Shown one piece after another: positions 1 through 13,077 of a stretch of DNA of 64,000 nucleotides. The DNA is taken from positions 62,001 to 126,000 of the forward strand of contig MU057936.1 in the NCBI GenBank assembly GCA_013265495.1, in the 5' to 3' direction. This DNA is from Vicugna vicugna (lineage: Eukaryota). The notes beneath the pieces are model-generated. The model had not been told where the DNA came from. It made no database searches and saw nothing but the letters and a program-made list of their open reading frames with translations. Both the position numbers and the translations under genes were made by a program. Within the stretch, counting starts at the first letter, position 1; each line of letters begins with the position of its first letter.

Positions 1-667
1 GATGCTTGAGATAATTTCTATCTTCTTAAAATTGTTGAGACTTCTTTTGTGCCCAAGTATATGATCAATCATAGAAAATGTTCCATGTGCACTTGAAAAG
101 AAAGTATATCCTATTTTGGGGGGGTGTAATGCTCTGAAAATACCCACCAAATCTAATTTTTCTATTATTAATTTCTCTGTTGCCTTATTTATTTTCTGTC
201 TGGAAGATCTGTCTAGTGATGTTAATGTGGTGTTAAAATCTCTGACTATGGTTGTATTCCCATCAATATCCCCCTTTATCTCTGTTAGTAATTCTTGTAT
301 GTACTTAGGTGCTCCTATATTGGGTGCATATACATTAACGAGTGTAATATCCTCATCTTGTATTACTCCTTTAATCATTATAAAATGTCCTTCTTTCTCT
401 TTTTTTATGGCCTTTGTTTTAAAGTCTTATTTTGTCTGAAATCAGTACTGCTACACCTGCTTTTTTGGCTTTCCTTTTGCATGGAATATCCTTTTCCATC
501 TTTTCACTCTCAGTCTGTATGTGTCCTTCTCCCTAAAGTGGGTCTCTTATATGCAGCATATTGAAGGTTCTTGCTTTATTATCCAGTCTGTCACTATGTC
601 TTTTGGTTGGAGCATTTAGTCCATTAACATTTACAGTAATTAATGATAGATGTGTGTTTATTGACAT
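1..667 (-). pseudogene. L1 ORF2 N-terminal APE-like endonuclease, disrupted
   Basis: NVNGLN motif is present. A frameshift follows ...APTKRH and a TAA replaces the Q codon in ICCI*ETHF. Confidence 0.9.
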
Positions 668-957
668 TTTGAACTTATTTTTGCAGTTGTTTTGGTATTT
701 CCTCTTTGTTCCTTTCTTCTTTTGTGGTTTAGTAATTTTCCTTTGTATTATCATGGATTTTATCTAGTTTTTGTGACTCCCTTGTAAGTTTTTGTTTTGT
801 GGTTATCCTTTTTTGTAAGTCTATTATCCCATTACTATAACTGTTTTTATTAAAGTTGATAGTAATATAATCTTAAACCGATCCTACCGAGAACAAAAAA
901 TTTAAAAAGAAAGAAAAAAAAATACTATATATTTTCTTGCTTCCTTCTCCCACTCTT

Positions 958-1125
958 TTTTTTTAATACAAACTTTTTTTATTGAGTAATAGTCATTTTA
1001 CAGTGTTGTGTAAAATTCCAGTGTAGAGCACAATTTTTCAGTTACACATGAACATACATGCATTCATTGTCACATTCTGTTTCCCTGTGAGCCACCACAA
1101 GATCCTGTATTTATTTCCCTGTCCC
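958..1125 (-). mobile_element. Short 5'-truncated L1 3'UTR insertion nested in the inter-ORF spacer of the L1
   Basis: Poly(T) tail followed by the L1 3'UTR sequence also seen at 40760, 43660 and 58985. Flanked by direct repeat TCTCCCACTCTT (946-957 and 1126-1137). Confidence 0.88.
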
Positions 1126-1251
1126 TCTCCCACTCTTAATGATTTCGATGTCTTCTTTTACCATTTCATGTTTATTTCATTTGTAATTCATGAGTTATCA
1201 CCTTTCCAGTTATGAGCTTCTCATTTCTGTAGCATCCTGCTTCTTTTCTGT

Positions 1252-2153
1252 TTAGAGTAGACCTGTCAATATTTCTTTTAAAATGGGTTTAGTGTTGCTA
1301 AACTCTTTTAGTTTTTGCCTGTCTGTGAAATTATTTATCGCTCCTTCTATCCTAAAGGATAACCTTGTTGGATAAAGTATCCTAGGCCGCATCTTTTTTC
1401 CATTCAGGACTTTGAATATATCTTGCCACTCCCTTCTGGCCTGTAGTTTTTGTGTAGAGAAATCAGCTAAGAGCATTATGGGGTTCCCTTGTAACTCACT
1501 CTTTGATTTTCTCTTCTTGCATTTAGAATCATTTCTTTATCCTTGACTCTGGTCATCTTGATGATGATATGTCTTGGTGTGGGTCTGTTTGGGTTCTTCC
1601 TGTTTGGGACCCTCTGAGCTTCCTATACTTGGATATCTGATTCCTTCTTTAAGTTTGGGAAGTTTTCAGTCATGATTTCTTCAAAAACCTTTTCAATCCT
1701 CTTTGATCCTTCTTCCCCTTCTGGGACCCCTATTATGCGAAGATTGGGATGCTTTATATTATCCCATAGGTCCCTTATACTATTTTCGTTATTTTTAATT
1801 TGTTTATCTTGTAGTTCTTCTGAATGGGTGCTTTCTATTGTCCCGTCTTCTAGATCACTAATTCGTTCCTCTGCATTATCTAGTCAGCTTTGCCTAGCTT
1901 TTAGATCATTCCTCATCTCAGTCAATGAGTTTACGCATTGTACTTGGCTCTTCTTTATAGGTTCAATTTCATTTTTGACATATTTTATCTCTCTAAGCAC
2001 TATCTCTTTTAATTCCTTCAGCAATTTGATCACTCCTTTTTTGAAATCTTGATCTAGTAGGCTATCGATGTCTATTTCATTGATCTTTCTTTCAGGGGAT
2101 TCCTCTTGTTCTTTTAATTGGGAATGGTTACTCTGCTTCTTCATCTTGCTCAT
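1252..2153 (-). pseudogene. L1 ORF1p (coiled coil, RRM, CTD), disrupted
   Basis: Reads MSKMKKQ...LWDNIKHPNLRIIGVPEGEE...ENFPNL...ARREWQDIFKVL...YPTRLSF. Contains two in-frame stops and a 1-nt deletion near 1480. Confidence 0.92.
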
Positions 2154-2271
2154 ATCTCTCTGGCACTGTGGCTTATGGAGTATCAGTTATATATTGTGGT
2201 CCTTAAGGAGTTTATTTATTTATCTATCTAACGCCTATGTAGGCATAAAACTTAAAAAAAAAACAGAAAGA

Positions 2272-2950
2272 GAACTTTAAAAGAAGGGAGAAAAAAGATT
2301 TGAAAACAGTATATAATCAATAATAGAAGAGCAATTTAAATCAGACTAGCAATTGAGTTGAGACGTCTTTTTAAAAACCCTTAAAAAAAAAAAAAGGAAA
2401 AAAGATCAAAAAGCCGTATTTGAAACCTGTGTATAATCAATAACAGGAGACCAAAACCAAAAGAAATGAAAATGAAATCAGGTGGATTTTTTAAAATAAT
2501 AATAATGAAAATACTTTAAAAGATTAAAACTAGAAGCATATACAGTTGTTTAGAAAGTAGAAATTTAAAGGTAATAGAAAATAGAACAGATTTTAAAAAG
2601 ATAAAGTAGAGAATTTTAAAAGAAGGGAGAAAAAAGGTTTGAAAACAGGGTATAATGAATAATAGAAGAGCAAGTTGAAGCAGAATAGCAATTGGGTTGA
2701 GACATCTTTTAAAAACCTTTAAAAAAAAGAGAGAAAAGAGGGGAGAAAATTTGAAACCCATGTGTAATCAATAACAGGAGATCAAAACCAAGAAAAAGAA
2801 AAATGAAATTAGGTGGATTTTAAAAAATAATAATAAAAATATTTTAAACGAAAATTTAAAAGGAATTTAAACTGGAAGCATATATAATTGTTTAAAAAGT
2901 AAAAATTAAATAAAAAGGTAATGGAAAATAGAATAGATATAAAAAAGACT
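2272..2950. repeat. ~340-bp imperfect tandem duplication (2 units) in the L1 5'UTR
   Basis: Units at ~2272-2610 and ~2611-2950 share ordered blocks such as aaaagaagggagaaaaaa, aataatagaagagcaa, taatcaataacaggaga, aggtggatttt and aaggtaat.gaaaatagaa. Confidence 0.85.
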
Positions 2951-4499
2951 TTAAAAGATTAAAAAAAAAAAAAAGGGATGTGTTCTCCTGGAGACCCTGT
3001 GCTCTTAATGATACTATAGAGAGGTCTTTCTGTCTTTGCCCTGTTTCGCAAATTCAGCTTGCTGTTTCCAGAGGCCCTCCATTGGTGCCCTAGTCTGTGC
3101 TGCTCCCAGTGCCTGTCAGCAAGCAGATCGCTCCTCCTCCCAACACTGGCTCAGGTTCAGCTCTCTGTCGCTGTGGGCGGGCTGGTCACTGCCCCTCCCC
3201 ATGCCACAGTCAGATGTTGCAGACCCAGCCAAGTAGGAGGGCGGGTCGTGCCCCTCCCAGCACCAAGGTCAGGTGCTGCGTTCCTGCCTGGAAGGCTGGG
3301 TGGCCACCCGCCCTCTCCCGGAGCCGGTCAGTCTGCAGCTCTGCCTCTGGTCGACGCTCTGTAGGTGGGCTCAGGGAAGACCGAGGAACAGCCCAGCCTC
3401 TGCTCCAGGCCAAAACTCAGCTCCTTGTCTTGGTGGCAAAAGTTCTCTGAGGTACTAGGGCAGAAGGATCCACCCTGCCTCAGGCTGTAGCCAAGTCTTC
3501 CTCTGGCCTTTGAGGCTGCTGAGCCCTTAGGTGCGGATTCAGATTTCGCCCCAGCACCCGCCTGGGTGCTAAGCGCCAGAGGTATGGCGGCTGCACCTGA
3601 GCCCTGCCTCTCTTCACCGGAAAACCTTCCGTGGGTTTTCAGAGATGGGGGTATGCACCTTTCCCCCCAGGGCACATCAGCCGTGCTGCTTTATGGAGGG
3701 CCCAGGTTGTTCTGCCCTGTGCCCCCACAGCCACGGCGCGGAGCCCCCTGCAGTTCCCCGGGGCTGCCTCCGTGCAGCCGCCCCCATCCTCTGCCCAGCT
3801 CGGCCAGCCTGTCCCGGCCTGCCGCTGCCGGCTTGGGTCTCAGGCTGGGGGTCGCATGGACCCTCTGTGCCTGTTTAACTTAGTTCTGTCGGTCAAGGGC
3901 TGCTCCGTACAGATCCGAGCCTCTGAGGTGCCCCCTCCGTCCTGCTGGCCTCTCTGTTGGAGGGGGGAGATTCAGTGAACGAGCGCCAGTCCTCCTTTGC
4001 CGCTCCCTCCCCACGGGACCGGTCCGCACTGTTTTGCCTTTTTTTTCCTTTTTTTCCTTTTCTCCTACCGGATTTTTGATGTCTTTGTCTCTTGAAGAGG
4101 GCAATGTTTTGTCAGAGTTTGGCAGGTGGTCTGGTTGGCTGAGTGGGTCTGTGAATGTGAATCTTGGGGTATTTGTGGGAGAGGGTGAGCTACAAGCTCC
4201 TTCTACTCTGCCATCTTGGTCTCCTCCCCAACAGTAGTTTTAAATATTTGTTTTGTTGAATGATTTTGAACTTCTTTGAGAACTCAAATTATGTGTGTGT
4301 TGAAACTTTTTTCTGACTAATTTCTATAGTTTTGTGGGGATTTTTTTGTATTGGATTTGAATAGAGTTTCTCTCAGGAGTCAAGGATAGCTCAACTTTGG
4401 AAAATATGTAAGACATAAAATCTACAAAACCCACATCAGTGGCTTAAAAGAGGAAAATAGTAACATCTTTACAGATGCAGAATATTTTTTACAAAGCTC

Positions 4500-7062
4500 A
4501 ACAGTTTTGTTGTAAAAACACCAATTTACATTCTCATCAACAATGTGCAAGGGTTCCCTTATCTCCACATCCTCACTAATATCTGTATCTTTTGTCTTTT
4601 TGATGATAGCTATTCTAACAAGTGTGAGGTGATGTCTTATTGTGGTTTTGATTTGCATTTCCCTGATGATTAGTGATGTTGAGCAGCTTTTCATAGACAA
4701 GCATACCTCGTTTTATTCCACTTCACTTTATTGTGCTTTGAAAAGATTGCGCTTTTTTGTTTGTTTGTTTGTTTTTAACAAATTGATGGTTTATAGTAAC
4801 CCTAGATCAAGCAAGTCTGTCATTTCCGTTTTCCAATAGCATTTGCTGACTTCATGTCTCTGTATCACATTTTGGTAATTCTAGCAGTATTTTGGACTTT
4901 TTCATTATTATCGTATTTGTTATGGTGATTTGTGATCACTGATTTTTGATGTTACTGTTCCAAAAGAATATGACCTGCTGCAGGCTCAGATGATGATTAG
5001 CTTTTTTTTTTCCTTAGCAATAAAGCTTTTCTTAATTAAGATGTATACGTTTTTAAGACGTAATGCTGTTGCACACTTAATAGACAACAGTATGGGGGAA
5101 ATATAACTTTTATATGCAGTTGGAAACCAAAAAATCCATTTGATTGCAGTGGTCTGGAACTGAACTCACAATATCTCCAAGGTGTGCTTGTACTTGTTGC
5201 CTCTTTGTATGTATTCTTTTGAGAAATGTCTGTTAAGATCATTTGCCCATTTTTTTTTCACTTGGGTTATTTTATTTTTATTGCTTTTAAGTTGTATGAG
5301 TTCATCATATATTTTGAATGTTAACTCCTTATCTGATATGTGGTCTGCTAATATTTTCTCCCATTTTGTGGGCTTCCTTTTCTCTCTGTTGATTGTTTCC
5401 TTTCTGTGCAGAAACTTTTTAGTCTGATGTAGTCCTGCTTGTTTTACTTCTGTTTTTCTTGTCTGCACATATGGTGTCACATTCACAAAATCATTGCCCA
5501 GATCAATGTCAGGACTCTTTTTCCTCTGTTTTCTTCTAGTAGTATGGCTTCAGGTCTTACGTTTGATTTGTTACTTCATGTCGAGTTGATTTTTGTATTT
5601 GGTAACAAATCCATTCTACTACATATGGATGTAGGTTCCCAACACATTTTATTGAAGAGACTGTCCTTTTCTCATTCTGTGTTCTTGGAACCCTTGTCAA
5701 AGATTAGATAACCACAGGTGTTTTGATTTATTTTTAGGCTCTCTGTTCTATCCCAGTGATCTATAGGTGTGTCTTTATGCCAGTATCATACTGTAGCTTT
5801 GTAGTATATTTTGAAATGCTTCCAGTTTTTTTGTTCTGGCTCAAGATTGCTTTGGCTACTTGGGGTCTTTTATGGTTCCATGTGGATATCAGGATTATTT
5901 TTTCTATTTCTGTAAAAAAAAAATGTCATTAGGATGATGAGGATAGCGTTGAATCTGTAGATCATGTTGAGTATGGTCATTTTAACAATATTAAATGTTG
6001 CATTCCATAAACACAGAATGTCTTCCATTTAGCTGTGTCTTCTTTAATTTCCATCATCAAAGTTTTATAATTTCCAGTGTACAAGTCTTTTACATTTTTG
6101 GTTAAGTTTATTCCTTTGTCTTTTATTCTTTTTAATTGGTATTATAAATTGAATTATGTTTTAAATTTCCTTTTAGATTATTTATTGTTATTGTTCAGAA
6201 ACATGATTGATTTTTGTTTTCTGCATCTTTACTGAATTCATTTATTAGTTCTAACACTCTTTTTTGTTAATTCTTTAAGGTTTTCTGCATATATGATCAT
6301 TTCCTCAGCAGACAGAGATCGTTTAACTTTTTCCTTTCTAATTTGGATGCCTTTTATTTCTTCTTCTTGCCCAGTTACTCTTGTTAGGACTTCCACTACT
6401 CGAGTAGAAGTGGTAAGAGTGAGCGTCTTTGTCTTGTACTGGATCCTACAGGGAAAGCTTTGTGTTTTCCTTCATTGATTATTAACATTGCCTGTGTGCT
6501 TTTCATATAGGGCCTTTATTGTGTTGAGGTAAGTTTTTTCTGTACTTACTTTGTTAAGAGATTTAATCATGAATGCATGTTGAACTTCATCGAATGCTTT
6601 TTCTACATCTATGGCAAAGATCATGTGATTTTTTTTTTTCATTTTAATGGGGGATGTGGTAGTTGGGACTCCAAGCTGTTCCACCTACTTGGGTCAGCAT
6701 AAGTGAAGGCTGCAGAGGTCCTTAGCAAAAACTGCAGACGTCTGCAGTGGTGACAAGAGTTGCTAGACTCTTGGTCTCTTTTTCCCATGTGAGAAGTGGT
6801 TCAGGTAAGGGGATTCCTCTTGATGCTGAGTTCTGCCAGAATGAAGGATGAATTGATGTCTGAAAAATGTTTCCTATACCTTTCTGTGTGGTGATCCTGG
6901 GTTTTTTGTGTTCTGTGAGGTTTTGCAGCCGCCTTTTACTTTGGAACTCTCCCAGAGCTAGTTTTTATCAGTATGTAGTTGCTTAATCACTGTTTTCATT
7001 GTCTTTTTTCTAGGGGAGATGAGCATTGGGCCCTCCAAGGCTGCCATCTTACTGATATCACT
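4500..7062 (-). mobile_element. Old degenerate L1 (ORF2 RT/C-terminal remnants joined to a 5'-end remnant)
   Basis: Remnant peptides [17 protein letters not shown] and NHMIFAIDVEKAFDEVQH. L1-like 5' terminus agtgatatcagtaagatggcag on the minus strand at ~7040-7062. Confidence 0.8.
4698..5190 (+). mobile_element. Tigger1-derived internally deleted DNA transposon (TcMar-Tigger) interrupting the old L1
   Basis: Terminal inverted repeats caagcatacctcg...caaggtgtgcttg (11/13 match), followed by TA. The ends resemble the Tigger1 termini, and the L1 sequence resumes on both sides. Confidence 0.85.
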
Positions 7063-9290
7063 GACCTCTGTTACTTCTAATAAGATGTCATCTGTTAACC
7101 TTACGGGATTCCCTCTAGTGTGGTGAGTCTTTTTTTTTTTTTCTTGCGATGTTCAGAATTCTCTCTTTGGCTTTCAGCATTGGAGATGGTTGAGCTTTTT
7201 GGATTTGTAAATGAATAGTTTTTTCCAGCTATTATTTTTCAAGTATTTTTTTTCATTTTCTCTCCTTTCCTTCTAGAGCTCCCGTTACATGTATACTGAC
7301 GTGATTAATGGTTTCCTACATTTCTCTGGGACTCTGTTTTTCTTCATTCTTTTTTCCTCTACTCTTTAGATAACATGGTCTCTATCAATGTATATTTTAG
7401 TTCACTGGTTCTTTCTTCTGCCAGCTTGAACTATAGTTAGCCCCTCAGTTGAATTTTTAGTGTCATTTATTATACTTTTCAACTCCAGATTTTCCATAAT
7501 TTCTGTGTCTTTAGTTACATTCTTTATGGAATGAAACAGCATCATCACACCTTCCTTTAATTCTTTAAGAATGGATTCCTTTAGTTTTTGAATATACTTC
7601 TATGGAATTTTTGAAGCTTTTACCTAATAAATCCACCATCATGGACCCTTTATAGACAGTTTCTTTGTTAGCTTTTCCCCCGATATATAGCTCAGACATT
7701 CCTGTTTCTTTGTATGTCTCGTAATTTTTTTTGAAAACTGGACATTTTAGATAATTTATTGTAGCAACTTTAGATAATGACCTTTCTCCAGAGGAGGCTA
7801 TGGTTGTTGTTTTTGCTTATTTGTTTAGTGACTTGGCTCAACTATTTCTGCAAAGTCTGTTTCCCCCTCAGTGTATAGGTTCTGAGTTCTTTTTTCCCTT
7901 TGTTTTTATCTTCTATTCTGGCTACCTAGAGTTACCTTATACTGTTATAAAACACTTACTGGTCAAAAGCTTTGTTTAGGAACTGTTAGCCAGTTAGATT
8001 TTTAATCTTTAGCATGCGATGTTTGTATGGCTTGGAGGCTGCTATCTGAGTTCAGGGCATTTACATGTTTTCCCCCACATTCAGCTGGGCATTAGTGGCT
8101 TGAAGGTTTCCTCCAAAATAACTGTACATAGAGTGCAGCCTTGGGCGTGCGTGCAGTCCCCCAGACTGCCGGGGATGACCGTGATACTACTGTTAGGCCT
8201 TTCCTCTCCCTGGGTTAGAGTAGCTCACTGCGTAGTCAGTGTTTCGTCAGACGTTTTATTTAAGCCTCGTATGCCAGTACGACTTCTGCCTGTGCTGATG
8301 ATGGGTCCTTGTGTGGCTCTTGTTTGTGTCCTGCTCTGATTGCTTCCAAGTGGGTGTAACATAGTGCATATGCACAGCCTTCTCAAACTCTAGGATTGAC
8401 TTGGATCCTCAGAGGGTTTTTCAAGGCTCTCTGGTTCCCTGGTCCTTGTTATTAAATGTCTGGCTATTCTGCCAATTTGTTTATATCAGAGCTACATCTC
8501 TAGTCCACCAAGTTCTCCATTGTTTTCAGCAACACCCTCTGGCATGACTCCTCCAGCCACTGCTGCAAATAATGTCCATCCATCCTCTCAGGCAGAGCTG
8601 AGGAGTTTTTGGCCCATAAAGTTTTCCTTTACTCCTGGGAAGAACCCCTGTGCCACTGCACTGGAGCTGATGGTGAGGATCCACTTTTCCAGAGTGACAA
8701 CCTCATTCTGAGAACGGGCCCTGGGGGACTGAAGCATTAGCCTTGGTCTTCTCAGCTTGTCCCCCAGGCCCTGTCACTAGCTGGGGCTCAGACAGCTGGC
8801 ACCAGTATTCCTGGCCTGCGGCCCCTGAGGTCGAGCCTTCACCTTATGAATGGAGACCAGATGTGAGAAGGAAGACCAGTCCTCTCTTCTGCCCACTCAC
8901 TATAGAGGTTCTGCACTTTGGGAGTAGGAGGAGTGAGAAAAACCAGCAGCCTGACTCTCCTGGGACGAAAATATAGCCGCAGACTGGGAACTGGGGTGAG
9001 GCGGGTTCACCATATTCTTTGCCTCACACGCCTGGTAGAACTTGTGTAACGCAGGTCTGGGAATGCATGGGTCATGGACCAGGTTGCAGCTCAGATGCCA
9101 CACACCCTCCCTGTTCTTACCATAATTCAGTATATTTTCTTTAATAAATGTTTCTCCAATGCTGTATGGTTTTAGGAAAATCTCCAGAGACTTAAAACGA
9201 TTTTTGTGTTTTGTAATTTTACGGGAAAATTATTTTGCCAGGCAGGGGATTGTTTGCCATGCTCCTGACTCCATCTTCCCAGAAGTTCCA
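7063..9290 (-). mobile_element. Ancient L1 ORF1/5'UTR remnant
   Basis: T-rich ORF1-like antisense sequence. Ends in ccatcttcccagaagttcc, an L1M-type 5' end. Resembles 57502-58760. Confidence 0.6.
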
Positions 9291-11083
9291 CCTCCAGTAT
9301 CTATTTCATAGTTTTTGTGCTCTGAGTTTTTAGCCCAGTATCTTCCTGTTTCATGGTTAGTGTCTTCTGCTTTGTTGATACTAAAAGAATGAATGAATGA
9401 AGTTCTCAGGAGATTGACTGGCAAGCTCTTCAGAATGGTGCTCTAATGTCCTACACAGTGACTTCTATCCCTGCTCTGAGTCTGCGTTAGGAAGAGGGAC
9501 TTACATCTTTATTCTTCCCTACATCAGTAGAAGCCCTGTTTACTTCCACTATATAGAAGACCAGCTTTATGTGTTCTCCCTCTTTTACATGACATTGTAG
9601 TACTAGTGTCTGTAGGCTTTAAAAAATGCCCATACATTTTATTCAAAAATCCGTAAGCAAATTGGGTCTTGATTATCTACCGTGCTATCCCAGAGTTAGT
9701 AATGTAGATAGGAAGTGTACTGTGGCACTGGACCATTTATCTAGTAAGCTAAAATATTTATTACTTTCTGGTAAAACAAAACAATTTAAATCAAATTATT
9801 TTCTCCATATGAGCTCAATGATTCTTTAGAAGAATGTAATTCGTGTTCCTTGTATTTCTTTACACCTGACTAAAAAAAAAAAATCAAAGAATATTGCTAC
9901 CATTCCTTGCGTCATTATTCTGGGTTACTTACCATGGGCTGCCCCTAGTGTGAATTCAGCGAAGTGGTTTCTGGTCAGTACAGTGGGACTCTTCCTTCCT
10001 GGGAGTTGGATCTTTTTTCTTTTAATGCAGCGCAAGATGGAGGCAGATAGGCTGTGGTATAAAACATTGCCAGATGTTTCGTGGCTAATATTCTGAAAGT
10101 CATTGCTGCAACAAACACATTTCTAAATGGCAACGTATTTATAAATAGCTGAGTTGCAGTTCTAATAATTCACAGTACTCACATGCCCTTAGAGCTCTCT
10201 TTTTTTCATGCCTAATCACTGCCAGTCATGGCAAGTGATTGCCTGGTCTATGTCCTGGGTCTGAGAAAATGCCTTTGCTTTCTCTCATATTAAAGAGCCG
10301 TCATTTCTTTCTTGATAACCTCTGAAGTTTTCTCTTTCCATTTCCTCTTATACATAGGACCTTGGTTGAATTCTATTTTTATATGAGCCAGTGTGTTTCT
10401 TTTTATATCTGTTATCTTTTTAGTTCTCTAAAGGATGTCTAAATGGGCTCTTAGGACATATGCCCTTGGAAAAAACAGACTTAATAATTTTTTAAAACAA
10501 CAATTCCCTGAGCTCTAGCTAACATGAAAAAACACATTGATTTCACAAAGTTGTAAATAATATAAATGTAGATACCAAGAAACTGAGTCAAGGAAGGGGG
10601 GCGTTTTTTTCCTGGAAATGTATTCAACCTGCAGTTAAATAGTAGGGTCACGGGCGTTGGAACATTTTTGCCAGGGAGTCAGCATCTAAACTCAGTAGAG
10701 GAGATGATGGGACAGGGGAGATGTGGGATGGCAGCAGCAAAGTGTTTATTTCCACAGAGTGTTTGTTTATTTGTCTCTCAGAGGATACATAACTCTATCT
10801 TTTAGTTATTTCTCACTTTGTTGACCTGGAAAATACTATTTTTGATACCAGTGTGGAAGAGCTACATCCAAGAGAACAGCTGTTATGTGCTCATAAGATT
10901 TTGCTTCATTAGCATGTCTGGCCTTTGTTTTTCATGCCTGGGATGGAAATCATATTTATATTAACAATAAGATGACTAAATTATTAAGCATATGAAGAGG
11001 GTTCATAAGACATGTTTTTAATTCTTGTCTGCTACCAACATGCTGTGTTCTAATGTCTGAATACTTTCATGCCTTTAAATACA

Positions 11084-11290
11084 GGATGGGCAGATACACA
11101 TTACTATATATGAAGTAGATAAACAATAAGGTCCTACTGTCTAGCACAGGGAACTATATTCAGTTTCTTGTAATGAGCTGAAATGGAGAAGAAAATGAAA
11201 AAAATATATATGTATATGTATAACTGAATCACTTCGCTGTACACCTGGAACTAACATTGTAGATCAACTACACATCAGTAAATAAGGGGG
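11084..11290 (+). mobile_element. L1 3'UTR fragment (cetartiodactyl type)
   Basis: Contains agcacagggaactatattcag...aactgaatcacttcgctgtacacctggaactaacattgta, a typical L1 3' end. Confidence 0.8.
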
Positions 11291-13077
11291 GAAAATAAGG
11301 TAAAGCAACCCACTGAACAACATTGATATTCTTTGTAACATTTTAGCATATTACAGAACTATAAGTAAAATAAAGATACAAAATAGTGTAGACAATCAAA
11401 AACAAAAATAAATACATACATACATACATATAGGATAGGGTCATCAGAGTCTGTTTTTTCTGACACTCAAGTTTTCTGATTACAGCTGAAATGTGAGCTA
11501 AATACACACATATGAATATATAAGAATTATAGTACATCATGAGGATTAATAATGTAATGCAAGCAGTTAAAAATGAAAACCTAAAGAATTATATTTTCAA
11601 ACAGAATAAAACACAAATATAAATGCCATGTTTTTCATTTAATCTAAATTGTAGATAAAATCATCCTTTTTTATCATTAGTACAGTGACCCTACAATATG
11701 TTACCATCCCTAATTTGCCTCATCTGTACACATTGTTCTTTAACGAATTTTATTTTGCGTAATCTACAACCACATTGTTATTTGATATACATATATGAAT
11801 ATATATAATTTTATGTTGTATAAATATAATAAATACATATTTAAAAGTAAGTGATTTTCAAGTATTTGATTGGCAAAACTCAAAATCTAAAATTCAATGC
11901 TTCATTAATGTATAAGAATTCAAAATTTGTTTTTGTCAGAATAATCATAACACACTGACAGTCTGTGTCTGTAATTAAATAATTATTTCAGTCCACAAAT
12001 AATGGTATACTTTGGAATTTATTCAATCTGGCATTATTTGAAAGGTAGTAAATATTTAGAAAGATAACACTTTCTAAAATACAGTATTTTTATAGAGTTA
12101 AGTATAACATCTTCCAACAAAAAACTACAATAAATTGTATAATTTCCATAAGCCAGCTTAAATTATACATTTTATCTCTCTTAACTATAAATGTGACATT
12201 TCAAAGTAAGGCATGAAAATAAGTTACTAAAAGTACTGATGGAAGGTAAGCTTTATTTTATCGAACTACTTTCCATTCCTTTTGCTCTAAAGCAAGATAG
12301 TCATTTGTCTTAGCACAGCCAAAAAAATTCATAGTGTAGACATTACATAATTCTAATAATATCATCAAATAGCAGAGGTAACTTGTTTGGATAAATAATA
12401 TGGAGACTCCTTTTCCTTCAAGAAATGTACAATTAAATGTACAATTAAAAGTTATTCCTACACGTCTTCCTTCCCTGGCTGTGAGTTCATGTTCTCTGGG
12501 GCCATTATTTTAGTGTAGATCTTTATGAAATTATTCATGCCAACTGTATTCCAAATAGGTTTAAAATATTAAAAGTCCCATTTTACAATTTCTTCTGCCC
12601 AGTGATTAAATGGTGCATCTTCTTCATCTTACTGAAGGCCAAGAAATCTTTTCATTCTTGAAAGTGCCTGATTCTCCAAGTTGTAGCAGGAGAAAGGAGT
12701 GAAGGGAAGAGCAGGTCATGAAAAAGAAGTAGGAGTGCAGTCAGCACCAGGAGTGTGACACAGTGATATTTAGGAAGAACTAAACAAATTTACTCTCTTC
12801 TGGATGTTTCTTTCTGCCCTTTGACTATCACTTATTCAGTCAAATAGCCATTGTGCATGACTCAGCAGAAATGAAGAGAGGGGGACACAAAAGTAATCAA
12901 ATTTTGACTTTTCAATTTCAAACATCTAAGATCAGAAGAAAAAAAGTATGATTTGTATTCAGAGGTATATTCATGAGAAGTAGACAGAAAGATTCCCTGA
13001 TTTGGGGAGAATGGGTGATAGTAGAAGAGTGAGAAGTAAGAAAAGTTCATGAGGGATTAGAATTTAGGATGAAATAG

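Larger units (their letters stand above)
1..4229 (-). mobile_element. LINE-1, 5' half (5'UTR, ORF1, spacer, start of ORF2); continues beyond the left edge of the window
   Basis: The minus strand begins GGGGAGGAGACCAAGATGGCAG at ~4229, a typical L1 5' end with a YY1 motif (4210-4218). GC-rich 5'UTR at ~3000-4200, ORF1 at 2153-1252, ORF2 endonuclease start MSINTHLSLITVNVNGLNAP at 667. Confidence 0.95.

Noticed and set aside
3036..4237. Many overlapping ORFs here and at 45330-46847
   Set aside because: They lie in GC-rich L1 5'UTRs where stops are rare, and they are not shared as intact frames between the two copies.
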